The notes below the pieces were generated by a model, which worked only from the letters and a program-made list of their open reading frames with translations, searched no databases and was not told the DNA's origin. From positions 398,997 to 462,996 of the forward strand of contig JAJYNN010000002.1 in assembly GCA_021786315.1 (NCBI GenBank): a stretch of DNA of 64,000 nt. Reading direction: 5' to 3'. Below, piece after piece: positions 52,070 through 61,698 of the stretch; position 1 is the stretch's first letter, and each line of letters begins with the position of its first letter. Source of the DNA: a bacterium. Lineage in GTDB: Bacteria > Patescibacteriota > Microgenomatia > Daviesbacterales > UBA10151. Made by a program: the position numbers and the translations under genes.

Positions 52070-53518
52070 CTATTTTACTAAAAGCGATGCCTGCTGAACC
52101 AGTGATTTTACCGGTTCCGGCAGGAAAATGCTGATAATAACAAACAAGCTTAAAAGAAAAATTGCCGGGATAACTGTCAGGTAATTTGATTCCCCTACCG
52201 GTACATTTTCTATATTCGGCCCCAAAGCCATATTGGTAGTATGCCTTAAAAACCCGACAAAAATAATGGCTAAAGCAATTAGGATTCCGACTACCACCAG
52301 AGGATAAGCAGCCATCCCGGAAGTTAAAATATAAAATTCCGTCATAAAAATTCCAAACGGCGGCATGCCGATAATGGCCAAAAACCCGATGAGTAGGATA
52401 ATACCGGTGATTGGTAAGACGGTAAGGGTTCCCTTGACGTTGTATATTTTGGTAGAACTGTATTTTAAGAAGATATTTCCGGCAGAGAAAAAGAGGGTTG
52501 ATTTAGTGAGTGAGTGATAGATCATGTGAAGGAGCGCGGCGAAAGTTCCCAGCCCCCCAAAACCAAACCCCAAGGCCATAATCCCCATGTGTTCGATACT
52601 GGAGTAAGCAAAGAGCCGTTTGTAGTTTTTTTGGATGACGATAATGAAAGCCGGAATGACAACCGACATGGCTCCAAAGAGTATCAGCAGGTTCTGCGAA
52701 AAAAGTGGTCCGACGGTTATATCTGCGACAGCCTTATATCTTAAAATAGCCATTAAAGCGACATTAAGCAGTGCTCCTGACAAAAGGGCGCTGACTGGGG
52801 ATGGAGCTTTACTGTGGGCATCAGGCAACCAGGTGTGCATTGGTGCCAGTCCTGCTTTGGTCCCGTAGCCGATCAGGACAAAAACGAAGGCAATTTTGGC
52901 CAGTAATGGGTTTAATAAATGGGCATTGGCCAAAAGTACTTGCCAGCTGATAAAGGAATCGGCTGCCAGATTCATGGTTGGGCTTAAGAAAAGTAATGTC
53001 CCGAAGAGCCCGAGCGAGAGCCCAATGGAGTTGATAATTAAGTATTTCCAGGCTGCTTCCATGGCTGAGGGCTTGTTGTAAAAGCTGATTAAGAAGGCAG
53101 TGGCCAATGTAGTGGCCTCAATTGAAAGCCAGGTTAAGATTGGGTTGGTGGTGGTGACGGCAAAAAACATGGCTAGCAAGAAAAGGTGGAAAAGGACAAA
53201 GTATTGTCTGACCCGGCGGAAACCGATGATCTCCTTTTGAACTTCCCGCCTTAGATAGCCAATGGAATAATATGAAGCGGCAAAGCCGACGACAACAATG
53301 GTGGAAAGGACGATAGTCCCCAGCGGATCAAGGGAAAGGAAAGATCCGAAAGAATAACTTTTTTGCCCCAGCACGGAAATCGCGGACATGATTAGCGATC
53401 CCAGCTCAATAGGCGCGGCCATGGCAGCAATTAGTTCCAAAGGCCAAATTTTCCTCGGCACCGCAAGTGAGAGCAGAACTGCGATGATCGGTGTAATCAC
53501 TAATAAAATTAAAGCCAT
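52070..53518 (-). CDS. hyfF: HyfF-like antiporter-type membrane subunit
   Basis: EAAWKY, GYGTKAGLAPMHTWLPDAH, KRLFAYSSIEHMG. Confidence 0.88.
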   Translation of the reverse strand: MALILLVITPIIAVLLSLAVPRKIWPLELIAAMAAPIELGSLIMSAISVLGQKSYSFGSFLSLDPLGTIVLSTIVVVGFAASYYSIGYLRREVQKEIIGFRRVRQYFVLFHLFLLAMFFAVTTTNPILTWLSIEATTLATAFLISFYNKPSAMEAAWKYLIINSIGLSLGLFGTLLFLSPTMNLAADSFISWQVLLANAHLLNPLLAKIAFVFVLIGYGTKAGLAPMHTWLPDAHSKAPSPVSALLSGALLNVALMAILRYKAVADITVGPLFSQNLLILFGAMSVVIPAFIIVIQKNYKRLFAYSSIEHMGIMALGFGFGGLGTFAALLHMIYHSLTKSTLFFSAGNIFLKYSSTKIYNVKGTLTVLPITGIILLIGFLAIIGMPPFGIFMTEFYILTSGMAAYPLVVVGILIALAIIFVGFLRHTTNMALGPNIENVPVGESNYLTVIPAIFLLSLFVIISIFLPEPVKSLVQQASLLVK

Positions 53519-53519
53519 A

Positions 53520-54176
53520 TTATTCTGTTAACTCCCTCATTGAGCTGACATCAAGCGAACCGAATTGGCGGAAAATCATGGTGGTAAAGATACTGGCGAT
53601 TGTGACCCAGATAAAGATACTGGCGGTAATCCCCAGTTGTAAGGCTGGGCTTTGTTCCAGGCCGGCGAATAAGGCGAATGAAACAATGCTATTTTCCAGC
53701 GATAGGACCCCTAAGGCTTGGGACAGGGCGCCTTTGCGGTTAATGCTCAAAAAGAGTGAGATTAAGATTGTGGCCATTGAAATAAACAATAGGTCCTGGC
53801 TGGAGGGAGATAGGAAGATTAGCGGTTTGAAAAAGCTGGCCTGGGTCAGGATGGAAAGAAGCACCATGACGGCAACCGTTAAGGGGGTGTTAAGAAAGGT
53901 GCTATGGGAAAAATTTGACGGATGGCGCTTAATCAGTTTCAGGAAAAAGTATGGGGCAAAAACAACCTTGACGGCGATGGTGGCGATAATGGCAATCAAA
54001 AGCAACAAGGACAGTTTCTGGAAGGAAGAAAGAAGTAATAAAATGGCGATGGCGGCGGATTGAAGCATATATAGTTTAACGGCGATTGAGTCCTTTTTTG
54101 TCAGGTTTAGAAGGACCACTGTTCCAAAGATCAGTGTGGAGAAGATTAATGAAATTTGTGGTGTTAAGTAATGCAT
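53520..54176 (-). CDS. hyfE: HyfE-like membrane subunit
   Basis: Multi-TM, LSLEN; lies between hyfC and hyfF. Confidence 0.75.
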   Translation of the reverse strand: MHYLTPQISLIFSTLIFGTVVLLNLTKKDSIAVKLYMLQSAAIAILLLLSSFQKLSLLLLIAIIATIAVKVVFAPYFFLKLIKRHPSNFSHSTFLNTPLTVAVMVLLSILTQASFFKPLIFLSPSSQDLLFISMATILISLFLSINRKGALSQALGVLSLENSIVSFALFAGLEQSPALQLGITASIFIWVTIASIFTTMIFRQFGSLDVSSMRELTE

Positions 54177-54180
54177 ATTT

Positions 54181-55110
54181 TTAGATAATTAAGATAATTG
54201 CTGCTACGCTCAGGGCAAATGAGGTAAATAACAGTTTCGGCAATTTAAAGATCCGGAGCTTGGCAATGCTGGATTCCAAAGCGGCAATGCCCAGACAAAA
54301 CAGCCCGGCTTTGACCATAAATAATAATAAAGTTACCAAAATTTGGCTGGCATTACCCGATCCGGTAATTCCCCAAGGGAAAAACATATTTACTCCCAAG
54401 GCAATAAAGATCAGGTATTTATTGGCGGAAGCCCACTCGATAAGAGCCAGCCTTTTCCCGGAGTATTCCAGGATCATGGCCTCATGGATCATGGTCAGCT
54501 CAAGATGAGTCGACGGATTATCAAACGGGTAGCGGCAGGTTTCCGCCAGAAGAGAGATGGTAAAGCTGGCAAAGGCCAAGATAACCGGGGCAAAGTTAAT
54601 AAGCGGCATGGAGGTCATGTTGTGAATAATTCCGGTAAGGTTAGTGGTGTGGCTGATTAAGGCCAGGGTCAAGATTGACAGGACCAACCCTCCTTCGGTC
54701 AAAGATGCCACTAACATCTCCCGGCTGGAACCGAAGCCGCCGAAGGCTCCCCCGGTATCAATTCCGGCCAAAGCCAAAAAGAATGTCCCAAAGGCCAAAA
54801 GATAAATAACCACCAGAAAATCACTGGTAAATATCGTTGGCAGAGTTGTAGAAAAAAGCGGGATAATGGCCCCGATAAAGATTGTGGAGGCAAAGATAAG
54901 GTATGGTGCAGCCAGGAAAACCCAGGAAGCATCATGGCTAACCACTTCATCCTTGTGAAGCAGTTTCCAAAGATCCCGGTATGGTTGGGTTATGGGTGCG
55001 CCCCGGCGGTTTTGCAATTTGGCTTTGACTTTTCTGGTTAACCCAATAAATAACGGCGATACCGCGGGAATTAAGATTATCTGGAGTAATACTAACAAAA
55101 TGTTTGTCAT
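54181..55110 (-). CDS. hyfC: HyfC/NuoH-like membrane subunit
   Basis: QNRRGAP, GGFGSSRE, PFDNPSTHLELTMIHEAMILEYSG. Confidence 0.88.
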   Translation of the reverse strand: MTNILLVLLQIILIPAVSPLFIGLTRKVKAKLQNRRGAPITQPYRDLWKLLHKDEVVSHDASWVFLAAPYLIFASTIFIGAIIPLFSTTLPTIFTSDFLVVIYLLAFGTFFLALAGIDTGGAFGGFGSSREMLVASLTEGGLVLSILTLALISHTTNLTGIIHNMTSMPLINFAPVILAFASFTISLLAETCRYPFDNPSTHLELTMIHEAMILEYSGKRLALIEWASANKYLIFIALGVNMFFPWGITGSGNASQILVTLLLFMVKAGLFCLGIAALESSIAKLRIFKLPKLLFTSFALSVAAIILII

Positions 55111-55114
55111 ATAT

Positions 55115-57139
55115 TTATAAGGCAAGGACAAATAATATACCGATTAAGGCAATCAGAATATAAAGAATATAAGCATTAGTGTAGCCAACCTGGATCTTTT
55201 TCATTTGTCCCGCAGTGTCTAAAACAAGCTTCCTTAATGGTTGATAAATATAGGGCATATAGATATCCTGGAGCTCCAGGTGAATGGCGTTACTTTTGGG
55301 GAAATATTTCATCCTCTCATCGTCATATTCAACTTCAGTTTCCTTCAATGGCTTTAAAACTTTTTGGAAAACCGTAATAAAGGACCGGGAAAATCCGGTG
55401 GCGGTAATTTCCATTCTTGGGGAAAGATCTGAACCGCAATCCCAGGTGATATTGCGGCTGACTTTTTGGGTTCGGGTTAGAAGGTAAGTTATCCCGGCAA
55501 CTACTGTCAGAGCTGCCACCAATCCAATGAAGATTTGGGGCATGGAAATAAAGGCAAAGTTGTTGGCAATATTTACGGATTGGGTTTGGGCATGGATCAT
55601 TGTTTCAGTTCCTGAAAGGTTAATTAAGCTTGCGGCAACTTTATTTAAGAATCCGGTCACGGTTCCGGAGAAAAACCCTAATACTATGGTTAAAGCAGCC
55701 AGCCCGGCCATTCCTGCCCTTAAAGGAACCCCGGGTTCCTTAGTATGAGCTACTTCCTGGTTTCTGGGTCTGGCTAAAAAAGTGGCTCCGAAGGCCTTAA
55801 CAAAACAGGCTGCCGCCAGCCCTCCGGTAAAAGCCAAGGCTCCGGCAGAAAGGATAAAGGTCAGTTTGGTTAAGACATCAAACCTCAAAACCCCCTGGAA
55901 AAGGGATTGGAAGGTCATCCATTCGCTGAAGAAGCCGTTGAATGGAGGCAAGGCTGAGATGGCCATCGACCCAATCAAAAAGAACAACGCAGTTTGAGGC
56001 ATATGCTTAATTAACCCCCCGTATTCCTCGATATTCCGGGTATGGGTTTCGGAAATGACTGATCCCGCCCCCATAAACAGGAGGGCTTTAAAGGTGGCGT
56101 GGTTTAAGGTGTGGTATAAGGCGGCTATCAACCCGATGGCAGCCAAGGAGTAAAGGTGGGCGGAGACAAAGACAAAAGCGCTCCCCAACCCCAATAAGAT
56201 AATGCCGATATTTTCAATACTGTGGTAGGCCAAAAGTTTTTTGATATCGTGTTCTGCCAAAGCGTAAAGTACTCCCAAAAGTGAAGAGACTGCTCCAAGA
56301 ATAAGTATCAAAAGCCCCCACCAAAGCGGAACAGCCGGCAGGAAGAAGAGGCTGAACCTAATTAACATATAGATACCTGTTTTAATCATTACGCCCGACA
56401 TTAAAGCTGAGACATGGGTTGGTGCGGCGGGATGGGCGCTGGGGAGCCAGATATGCAACGGAATAATCCCGGCTTTGGTGCCAAATCCAAAGAGGGCAAA
56501 GAGCAAAATCAAATTAGTAATTTGGGAAGGGGCATGGACAATACCTGTCTTAATGGCTTCAAACTCAAATGACCCGGTGACGCTGTACATTAACAGAAAG
56601 GCTAGGACAATGAAGGCGGTGCCGACGTGGGTCATCATGAAATAAAGCGATCCGGCCTTTATATTGTTGTGTTCCCGGTTTTCGTAAATGACCAGGAAGT
56701 AAGAGGCCAAAGACATCAATTCCCAAACGATTAAGAAAAATAAGGCATTATGGGAGGTAGCCACTAAAATCATGCTGGCGATAAAGATGTTATAGAAAAA
56801 CCCTAAAACGCCGATGTTGTACTTTTTGTAGTAATGCTTAACGTAACCTAAAGCATAAATTGAGGCCAAGGTGGCAATTGTACAGATGATCAACATAAAG
56901 TAGGTTGAAAGCTGGTCAAACTTAAAAGTAAAGGAAAGCAAGGGGAAGGCAGAAGGTACAGTTAAAATTGGGGTAGTTCCTGAAAGTAACGTTTGGATGG
57001 AAAATATCAGCCCGGCTACTGACCCAGCGATGGCAAAGAGGTTACCCCAGAGGTTGGCCGCCTGGTCTTTCTTCCCTAAAAATAATGAGCCCAGGGCTCC
57101 AATAGTAAACAATAACAAAATGCTGTAAAAATAATTCAT
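55115..57139 (-). CDS. hyfB: HyfB-like antiporter-type membrane subunit
   Basis: WELMSL, KAGIIPLHIWLP, KKLLAYHSIENIG, LPPFNGFFSEW. Confidence 0.9.
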   Translation of the reverse strand: MNYFYSILLLFTIGALGSLFLGKKDQAANLWGNLFAIAGSVAGLIFSIQTLLSGTTPILTVPSAFPLLSFTFKFDQLSTYFMLIICTIATLASIYALGYVKHYYKKYNIGVLGFFYNIFIASMILVATSHNALFFLIVWELMSLASYFLVIYENREHNNIKAGSLYFMMTHVGTAFIVLAFLLMYSVTGSFEFEAIKTGIVHAPSQITNLILLFALFGFGTKAGIIPLHIWLPSAHPAAPTHVSALMSGVMIKTGIYMLIRFSLFFLPAVPLWWGLLILILGAVSSLLGVLYALAEHDIKKLLAYHSIENIGIILLGLGSAFVFVSAHLYSLAAIGLIAALYHTLNHATFKALLFMGAGSVISETHTRNIEEYGGLIKHMPQTALFFLIGSMAISALPPFNGFFSEWMTFQSLFQGVLRFDVLTKLTFILSAGALAFTGGLAAACFVKAFGATFLARPRNQEVAHTKEPGVPLRAGMAGLAALTIVLGFFSGTVTGFLNKVAASLINLSGTETMIHAQTQSVNIANNFAFISMPQIFIGLVAALTVVAGITYLLTRTQKVSRNITWDCGSDLSPRMEITATGFSRSFITVFQKVLKPLKETEVEYDDERMKYFPKSNAIHLELQDIYMPYIYQPLRKLVLDTAGQMKKIQVGYTNAYILYILIALIGILFVLAL

Positions 57140-57672
57140 GCTTTCTTTTCCATATCACTTAATATTGTTAATAATGCTTCAATAATTTGCTTAGGTGAAG
57201 GCGGATCTCCGGGAATCTGGTAATTTACCGGGATAACACTCGCTACTCCATCCTCTACCGCATAAGAACCCTTAAAAATTCCTCCGGAGATGGCGTCATT
57301 CCCCACTGCCACCACAATTTTGGGATCAGGAGTGGCGTTATAGGTTTTAATCAAAGCTTCTTTCATGTTGCGGCTGACCGGTCCTGTGACCATTAACATA
57401 TCCGCATGCCTGGGAGAGGCCACAAAATGTACCCCGAAACGGTCAACATCGTAATAGGAATTTCCTAAGGCCACCAATTCCTGTTCGCAGGCATTGGTGG
57501 ATCCTGCGGTGACTACCCTAATAGCCAAAGACCCTTTAAAAAGTTTTTTAACCTTCTTTTGGATCTCTTTTCCTACAAGATATGCGTCCTTATCCTGGCT
57601 CAAATTAAAGGACTTTGTGTCAACTAAAGTTCCTGGTGTCTTAAAAATCTTCAAAAATAAGTTGGTTATCAC
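57136..57672 (-). CDS. NuoB/HyfI-like small subunit with degenerate Fe-S ligands
   Basis: GSTNACE, ASPRHAD, VTGPV, AVGNDA, IPGDPP; promoter TTGACC-17 nt-TATACT. Confidence 0.88.
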   Translation of the reverse strand: MITNLFLKIFKTPGTLVDTKSFNLSQDKDAYLVGKEIQKKVKKLFKGSLAIRVVTAGSTNACEQELVALGNSYYDVDRFGVHFVASPRHADMLMVTGPVSRNMKEALIKTYNATPDPKIVVAVGNDAISGGIFKGSYAVEDGVASVIPVNYQIPGDPPSPKQIIEALLTILSDMEKKA

Positions 57673-57761
57673 AACTGATTAGTATATGCCTTTTTTAAAA
57701 GGGGGTCAATTGATATGTTTAAGTAGGTGTTTGATCATAAAACACATAGAATACACAGAAT

Positions 57762-58913
57762 TTAACGAGTTGGAGCCAGGGCGACAGCGTTTGAATTAAC
57801 CCGGACGAATTTATCCCAGTAATCATTTGCTGCTGCTATAGTCTTATTGGCCTCATTCTTATCGTAATTCCAGGACATAATAGTGTTAAAGATTGTTTGA
57901 TCATTTCCTCTCATATAACCTTTCATTGCCAGAAAGACCCAGGCACCGATTACTGCTGAGGTGGGGTCAAAGGGATTAAACTTTACTCCTACCCGGTCCA
58001 TTAATTGGTAAACTTTAAGGGCGTTATCAGGCATAAATTGGGGACCGATTGCTCCTCCGCTAACATCACCTTCGCCTGAATACGATCCGGGAATTTTTTC
58101 ATAATTAAAATTGATGCCGGTATCTGTACTTACCAACTCACAAAGCTTTTTTAAGGAGTCAACTCCATCGGGAAATATTTTTGGATTTATGTGGCGGATG
58201 GCGGGTTGTTCTCCGGTATTGATAAAACCAAACTTAAGTTCATTTCCTCCAAAAGAGCTGCCCGTTTCCAGCGCCATCAGCATGGCCATTCCGCCCGGAT
58301 TCATCATTACCGTTTCTGGATCAATTTTCTGGTTGGCTAGTGAGGGTCTAAGAGTAGGCAACAAAGTTTTAATTACTTCCAGGGCTTGAGGATAAGCCTC
58401 TTTACAGATCGCCAATACCTCGGGCTGAAGCTTCTGGCTGATTGCCCATTCCATTTCCTGAGGAGAGAGATTTTTAGGTAGATCTCCTTTTGTTCGGAGT
58501 TCAGTTCGAGCATCAAGTAAACAAGCGCGTAGATCTTTACTGGTTACAGCCCAAAAGCCTTGGTTGATTTGCTCCTTTGTTTGTGCTAAAGCAACATAAG
58601 CCGCTTCTTTTCTGACTCTTTTGGGTGTATAGGGATCAAGAGAGAGGATCTCGTTAAGAAATGCTTTAAGGTCTGTTTTTTCTACGGTTTTTGGAACTTC
58701 CTTGGTGGTAGCGTTTGTGGTTGGGGTTTCTTTGGTAGCCACAGGAGTTGTGGCTGGTGCAGGTGCTTCTGTAGCCGAGGAAGTAGACGTATTCAAAGCT
58801 CGACCGGCAATTGCACCAAGTATCCCTCCACCGGCAATATAGAGGCCAGCTTTAACTAATCTCCTTCTTGTTGCGTCATATTCATGCGGATTAGGATTGT
58901 CTTTGTTATCCAC
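57762..58913 (-). CDS. Membrane-anchored lytic transglycosylase-like protein
   Basis: RRRLV plus TM helix, Thr/Pro linker, LET, GGAIGPQFMP, NPFDP. Confidence 0.6.
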   Translation of the reverse strand: MDNKDNPNPHEYDATRRRLVKAGLYIAGGGILGAIAGRALNTSTSSATEAPAPATTPVATKETPTTNATTKEVPKTVEKTDLKAFLNEILSLDPYTPKRVRKEAAYVALAQTKEQINQGFWAVTSKDLRACLLDARTELRTKGDLPKNLSPQEMEWAISQKLQPEVLAICKEAYPQALEVIKTLLPTLRPSLANQKIDPETVMMNPGGMAMLMALETGSSFGGNELKFGFINTGEQPAIRHINPKIFPDGVDSLKKLCELVSTDTGINFNYEKIPGSYSGEGDVSGGAIGPQFMPDNALKVYQLMDRVGVKFNPFDPTSAVIGAWVFLAMKGYMRGNDQTIFNTIMSWNYDKNEANKTIAAANDYWDKFVRVNSNAVALAPTR

Positions 58914-58940
58914 TTATTTCATGGTAGAATTTACTCTCGT

Positions 58941-59351
58941 ATGAGTCAACTACATCTAAAGATTGTCACTCCGGAAAAAGAAATCTATGATTCTGAGGTG
59001 GATATGGTAACCGTCACTACTCCTGATGGAGAAATTGGGGTACTCCCCCACCACGCCAATTTAATGGCCCAGGTTATCCCAGGCGAGCTGAAAGTAAAAA
59101 TTGGTGATAAGGAAACTCATATGGCTACCGGAAGCGGTTTGCTGCAGATGATAAACAATACCTTAATTATAGCTACTGATTTGGCAGAAAGAGCGGAAGA
59201 TATTGATGAGAAAGCTGTGGAAGAGGCAAAAGCTCGGGCCCAAGCTGCTTTAGAACAGACACTAACTGATGAGGAATATGCTACGGCTGCTGCAGCTTTG
59301 GAAAAGGCATTAGCCCAGCTTAAAGTTAAACGCCGCCACCGAGTTTCCTAG
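58941..59351 (+). CDS. atpC: ATP synthase F1 subunit epsilon
   Basis: LKIVTPE, GEIGVLPHH, AEDID, C-terminal helices; start moved to ATG 58941. Confidence 0.95.
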   Translation: MSQLHLKIVTPEKEIYDSEVDMVTVTTPDGEIGVLPHHANLMAQVIPGELKVKIGDKETHMATGSGLLQMINNTLIIATDLAERAEDIDEKAVEEAKARAQAALEQTLTDEEYATAAAALEKALAQLKVKRRHRVS

Positions 59352-59781
59352 TAGCTACCAATAAGGAAATAAAACTGCCTGTCCCTTCAGCGATACTTGG
59401 AAGAAATAACGCACCTTGTCCGTCTCTTTGGGCAATCATGTCAATTGCGGCTGCAAAATCATGGGTGGGAAGTGAGTTCCAGGCTAGGATTCCGAGCCCA
59501 ACAGCAGCGAGTATAAAAGGGCCCCGATATTTAGCAAAAGATTTAACATCCTTCCAACCAAACCTGTTTTCTGCCCTTAAATTCCTAACGTCTTTAACAC
59601 TTTGAAGGTACTTGGTCCAATTTTCAAGGGCTTGTTCGGAGGGCTCTTTGCTGGGATCCGTTAGTTCATTCCAAGTATCATAATTAAGGGGGCGGATGGC
59701 ATAGTGGCGTGAATGTAAGACTCTTGTCCTTTTATCGGAACCGGAAAACGAATAGGTTTCTGAACCTTCGACATTTGGCAT
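59326..59781 (-). CDS. Hypothetical membrane protein
   Basis: ORF after TATAAT; C-terminal hydrophobic segments. Confidence 0.55.
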   Translation of the reverse strand: MPNVEGSETYSFSGSDKRTRVLHSRHYAIRPLNYDTWNELTDPSKEPSEQALENWTKYLQSVKDVRNLRAENRFGWKDVKSFAKYRGPFILAAVGLGILAWNSLPTHDFAAAIDMIAQRDGQGALFLPSIAEGTGSFISLLVATRKLGGGV

Positions 59782-59830
59782 AATAGGTAAATTATACCTT
59801 TATTCTATCCCTCTGTCAAAGACTATCGGT

Positions 59831-60832
59831 CTAAAAAAGAGGTAATGCCAGTTGGCCGGTCTGCAAGATTGCTTCGATTTTTCTCTGGGTTACCGCTAAA
59901 GAACCATTTGCCCATCTCCCGACGTCTGTCGGGTCAAACAGGCCATCCCTGTCCATTGGTTCCCTGGATATCAAGCTGCTGCACATGGTAGACAAGGGGC
60001 AGAGATGGTGCCAGTAATTATTACAACATGTACTACCTATAAGCCATAATGTTTCTGACACGCGGGATGGTAAAAGTTTATTTTCTCTGCACAAGTCTTC
60101 AAATAAGGGTACTAATCGTTGGTCCACTACATGATGTTTGTGTGTTGGCCCGTCAAGCTTTACCCCTCCTGTTTGAATAGCCAGTCGCGCAACTTGGAAG
60201 TCGACAGGAATACCAATACTTTCTGCCTCAAAAATTGTGGCTAAATCATATTGCGAAACCCATTGTAAAAATAACCTACCTATTTTAGGTCCGAATCTTT
60301 GAAACCCTCCCCACCCTTCTTTCCTTTTAGGACCGACAAGTTCTGCCAGGATTGCCGGAGCATGATCTTGGTACTCGGAAAAGAAGTTTTTTAAATCTCC
60401 GCCGTATTTGTCACAAAGTACTTGGGCATTGTGTTGCCACCTGTAAAGCGCAATTTTGTTTATTCCGGGTCTTAACAAATCTTGTGCCGTCTGAATAACC
60501 TCCTGCTCATCTCTTTGAACAATATCCTCCGGCTTAAAAATCCAAGCGTGATCATTCAGATGCAAACGTTTGTTGAAGCTTTTTAATTGTTTGGCGGAAT
60601 CATCCGCAAAAAGTGAAGTGACCGTAAAAAAAACTCCATGTAAGGCAAAACTCTCTATATTATTATTTCGTCCATAAGCTTTTAGCCTGGTGATAAACGT
60701 TTCCTCAGGCGGTTTAACTCCGAGTCCAAAGATCCCCTCCCCTTTGTCTCGGGAATCCAGGGCATGCTTCACAATCTCCAAGATTCTTTCCCTATCCACA
60801 GTTACCCTGGAAGAATTATCCGCTTCGGTCAT
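59831..60832 (-). CDS. HhH-GPD (endonuclease III-like) DNA glycosylase-related protein
   Basis: FQRFGPKIGRLF HhH, IPVDFQVAR, LWLIG, C-terminal Cys cluster. Confidence 0.65.
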   Translation of the reverse strand: MTEADNSSRVTVDRERILEIVKHALDSRDKGEGIFGLGVKPPEETFITRLKAYGRNNNIESFALHGVFFTVTSLFADDSAKQLKSFNKRLHLNDHAWIFKPEDIVQRDEQEVIQTAQDLLRPGINKIALYRWQHNAQVLCDKYGGDLKNFFSEYQDHAPAILAELVGPKRKEGWGGFQRFGPKIGRLFLQWVSQYDLATIFEAESIGIPVDFQVARLAIQTGGVKLDGPTHKHHVVDQRLVPLFEDLCRENKLLPSRVSETLWLIGSTCCNNYWHHLCPLSTMCSSLISREPMDRDGLFDPTDVGRWANGSLAVTQRKIEAILQTGQLALPLF

Positions 60833-60898
60833 ACCTGTGCCCAATTATGCCTGAATTCCTTACAGATTCGCAAGCCTTAAAAGTGCTAGACTGGATAT

Positions 60899-61459
60899 AT
60901 GGATATCTTGCTGGACAACCTAAATTGGATGTCCTTTAATGTAGCCTTGGCTTTGATGGCCGTGATTTTTGGCTATCTTTTCCTTCATTCGAGGAATTTG
61001 TACGCAAGGATATTATTTTTTGTCCTCTGGATACTTTTTATTCCCAACACAATTTACTTGGTTACGGATTTAAAGTGGCTGCCGGAACAATTCCCAAAAT
61101 TGGATTTGCAAAACCAGTTAATTCTTGTTGCCCAATATCTTGTCCTTTTGCTTACCGGGTTGGTTACCTTTTTCTTTGGGTTACGTCCCCTGGAAGAGGT
61201 TTTATCCAAGCCCAAACACAGAATTAATATTCCAGTTCCTGTAATTATTTTCCTGGCTAATTACCTAATTGCCTTTGGAGTGGTTTTGGGGAGGGTGGAA
61301 AGGATCAACTCCTGGGATGTCTTTACCCGGCCATCAACAGTTTTTACGAGTGCCAGCAATATCTTTAATTCCCAAGAGGATCTAATCTTCATTCTTCTTT
61401 TTGGAACCTTGTCCAACTTAATTTATTTTGCATGGAAGCAATTTTTAAAGTTTAATTAG
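60899..61459 (+). CDS. DUF1361-like membrane protein
   Basis: WMSFNV, WILFIPNTIYLVTD, LGRVERINSWD. Confidence 0.8.
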   Translation: MDILLDNLNWMSFNVALALMAVIFGYLFLHSRNLYARILFFVLWILFIPNTIYLVTDLKWLPEQFPKLDLQNQLILVAQYLVLLLTGLVTFFFGLRPLEEVLSKPKHRINIPVPVIIFLANYLIAFGVVLGRVERINSWDVFTRPSTVFTSASNIFNSQEDLIFILLFGTLSNLIYFAWKQFLKFN

Positions 61460-61533
61460 CAAAGTTATTCTCCTGGTTTAACTTACTATTATAGGTGGTT
61501 TTTGCCTACAGGGATTGATATAATATCTCGTGA

Positions 61534-61606
61534 CCTGAGGTGGCCGAACGGTTGAGGCGACAGTCTGTAAAACTGTTTTAAGTAGGTTCGACTCCTACCC
61601 TCAGGA
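61534..61606 (+). tRNA. tRNA-Tyr(GTA), C1-G72, short variable loop
   Basis: Acceptor CCTGAGG/CCTCAGG+A, anticodon arm ACAGT-CTGTAAA-ACTGT, T arm GTAGG-TTCGACT-CCTAC; CCA not encoded. Confidence 0.93.
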
Positions 61607-61698
61607 CAAAGACGGAGTTTTTGGTATGAGGGCAAGCTCTGCTTACCCTCAGGGCTAAGTATACTGAGTATGGGAAAAACTGCTATACTTTACTTAAT

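Noticed and set aside
61627-61653. TACCCTCAGG repeat of the tRNA 3' end as an att site
   Set aside because: Only 10 nt, 47 nt from the tRNA copy, part of a local hairpin, and no integrase or cargo between.
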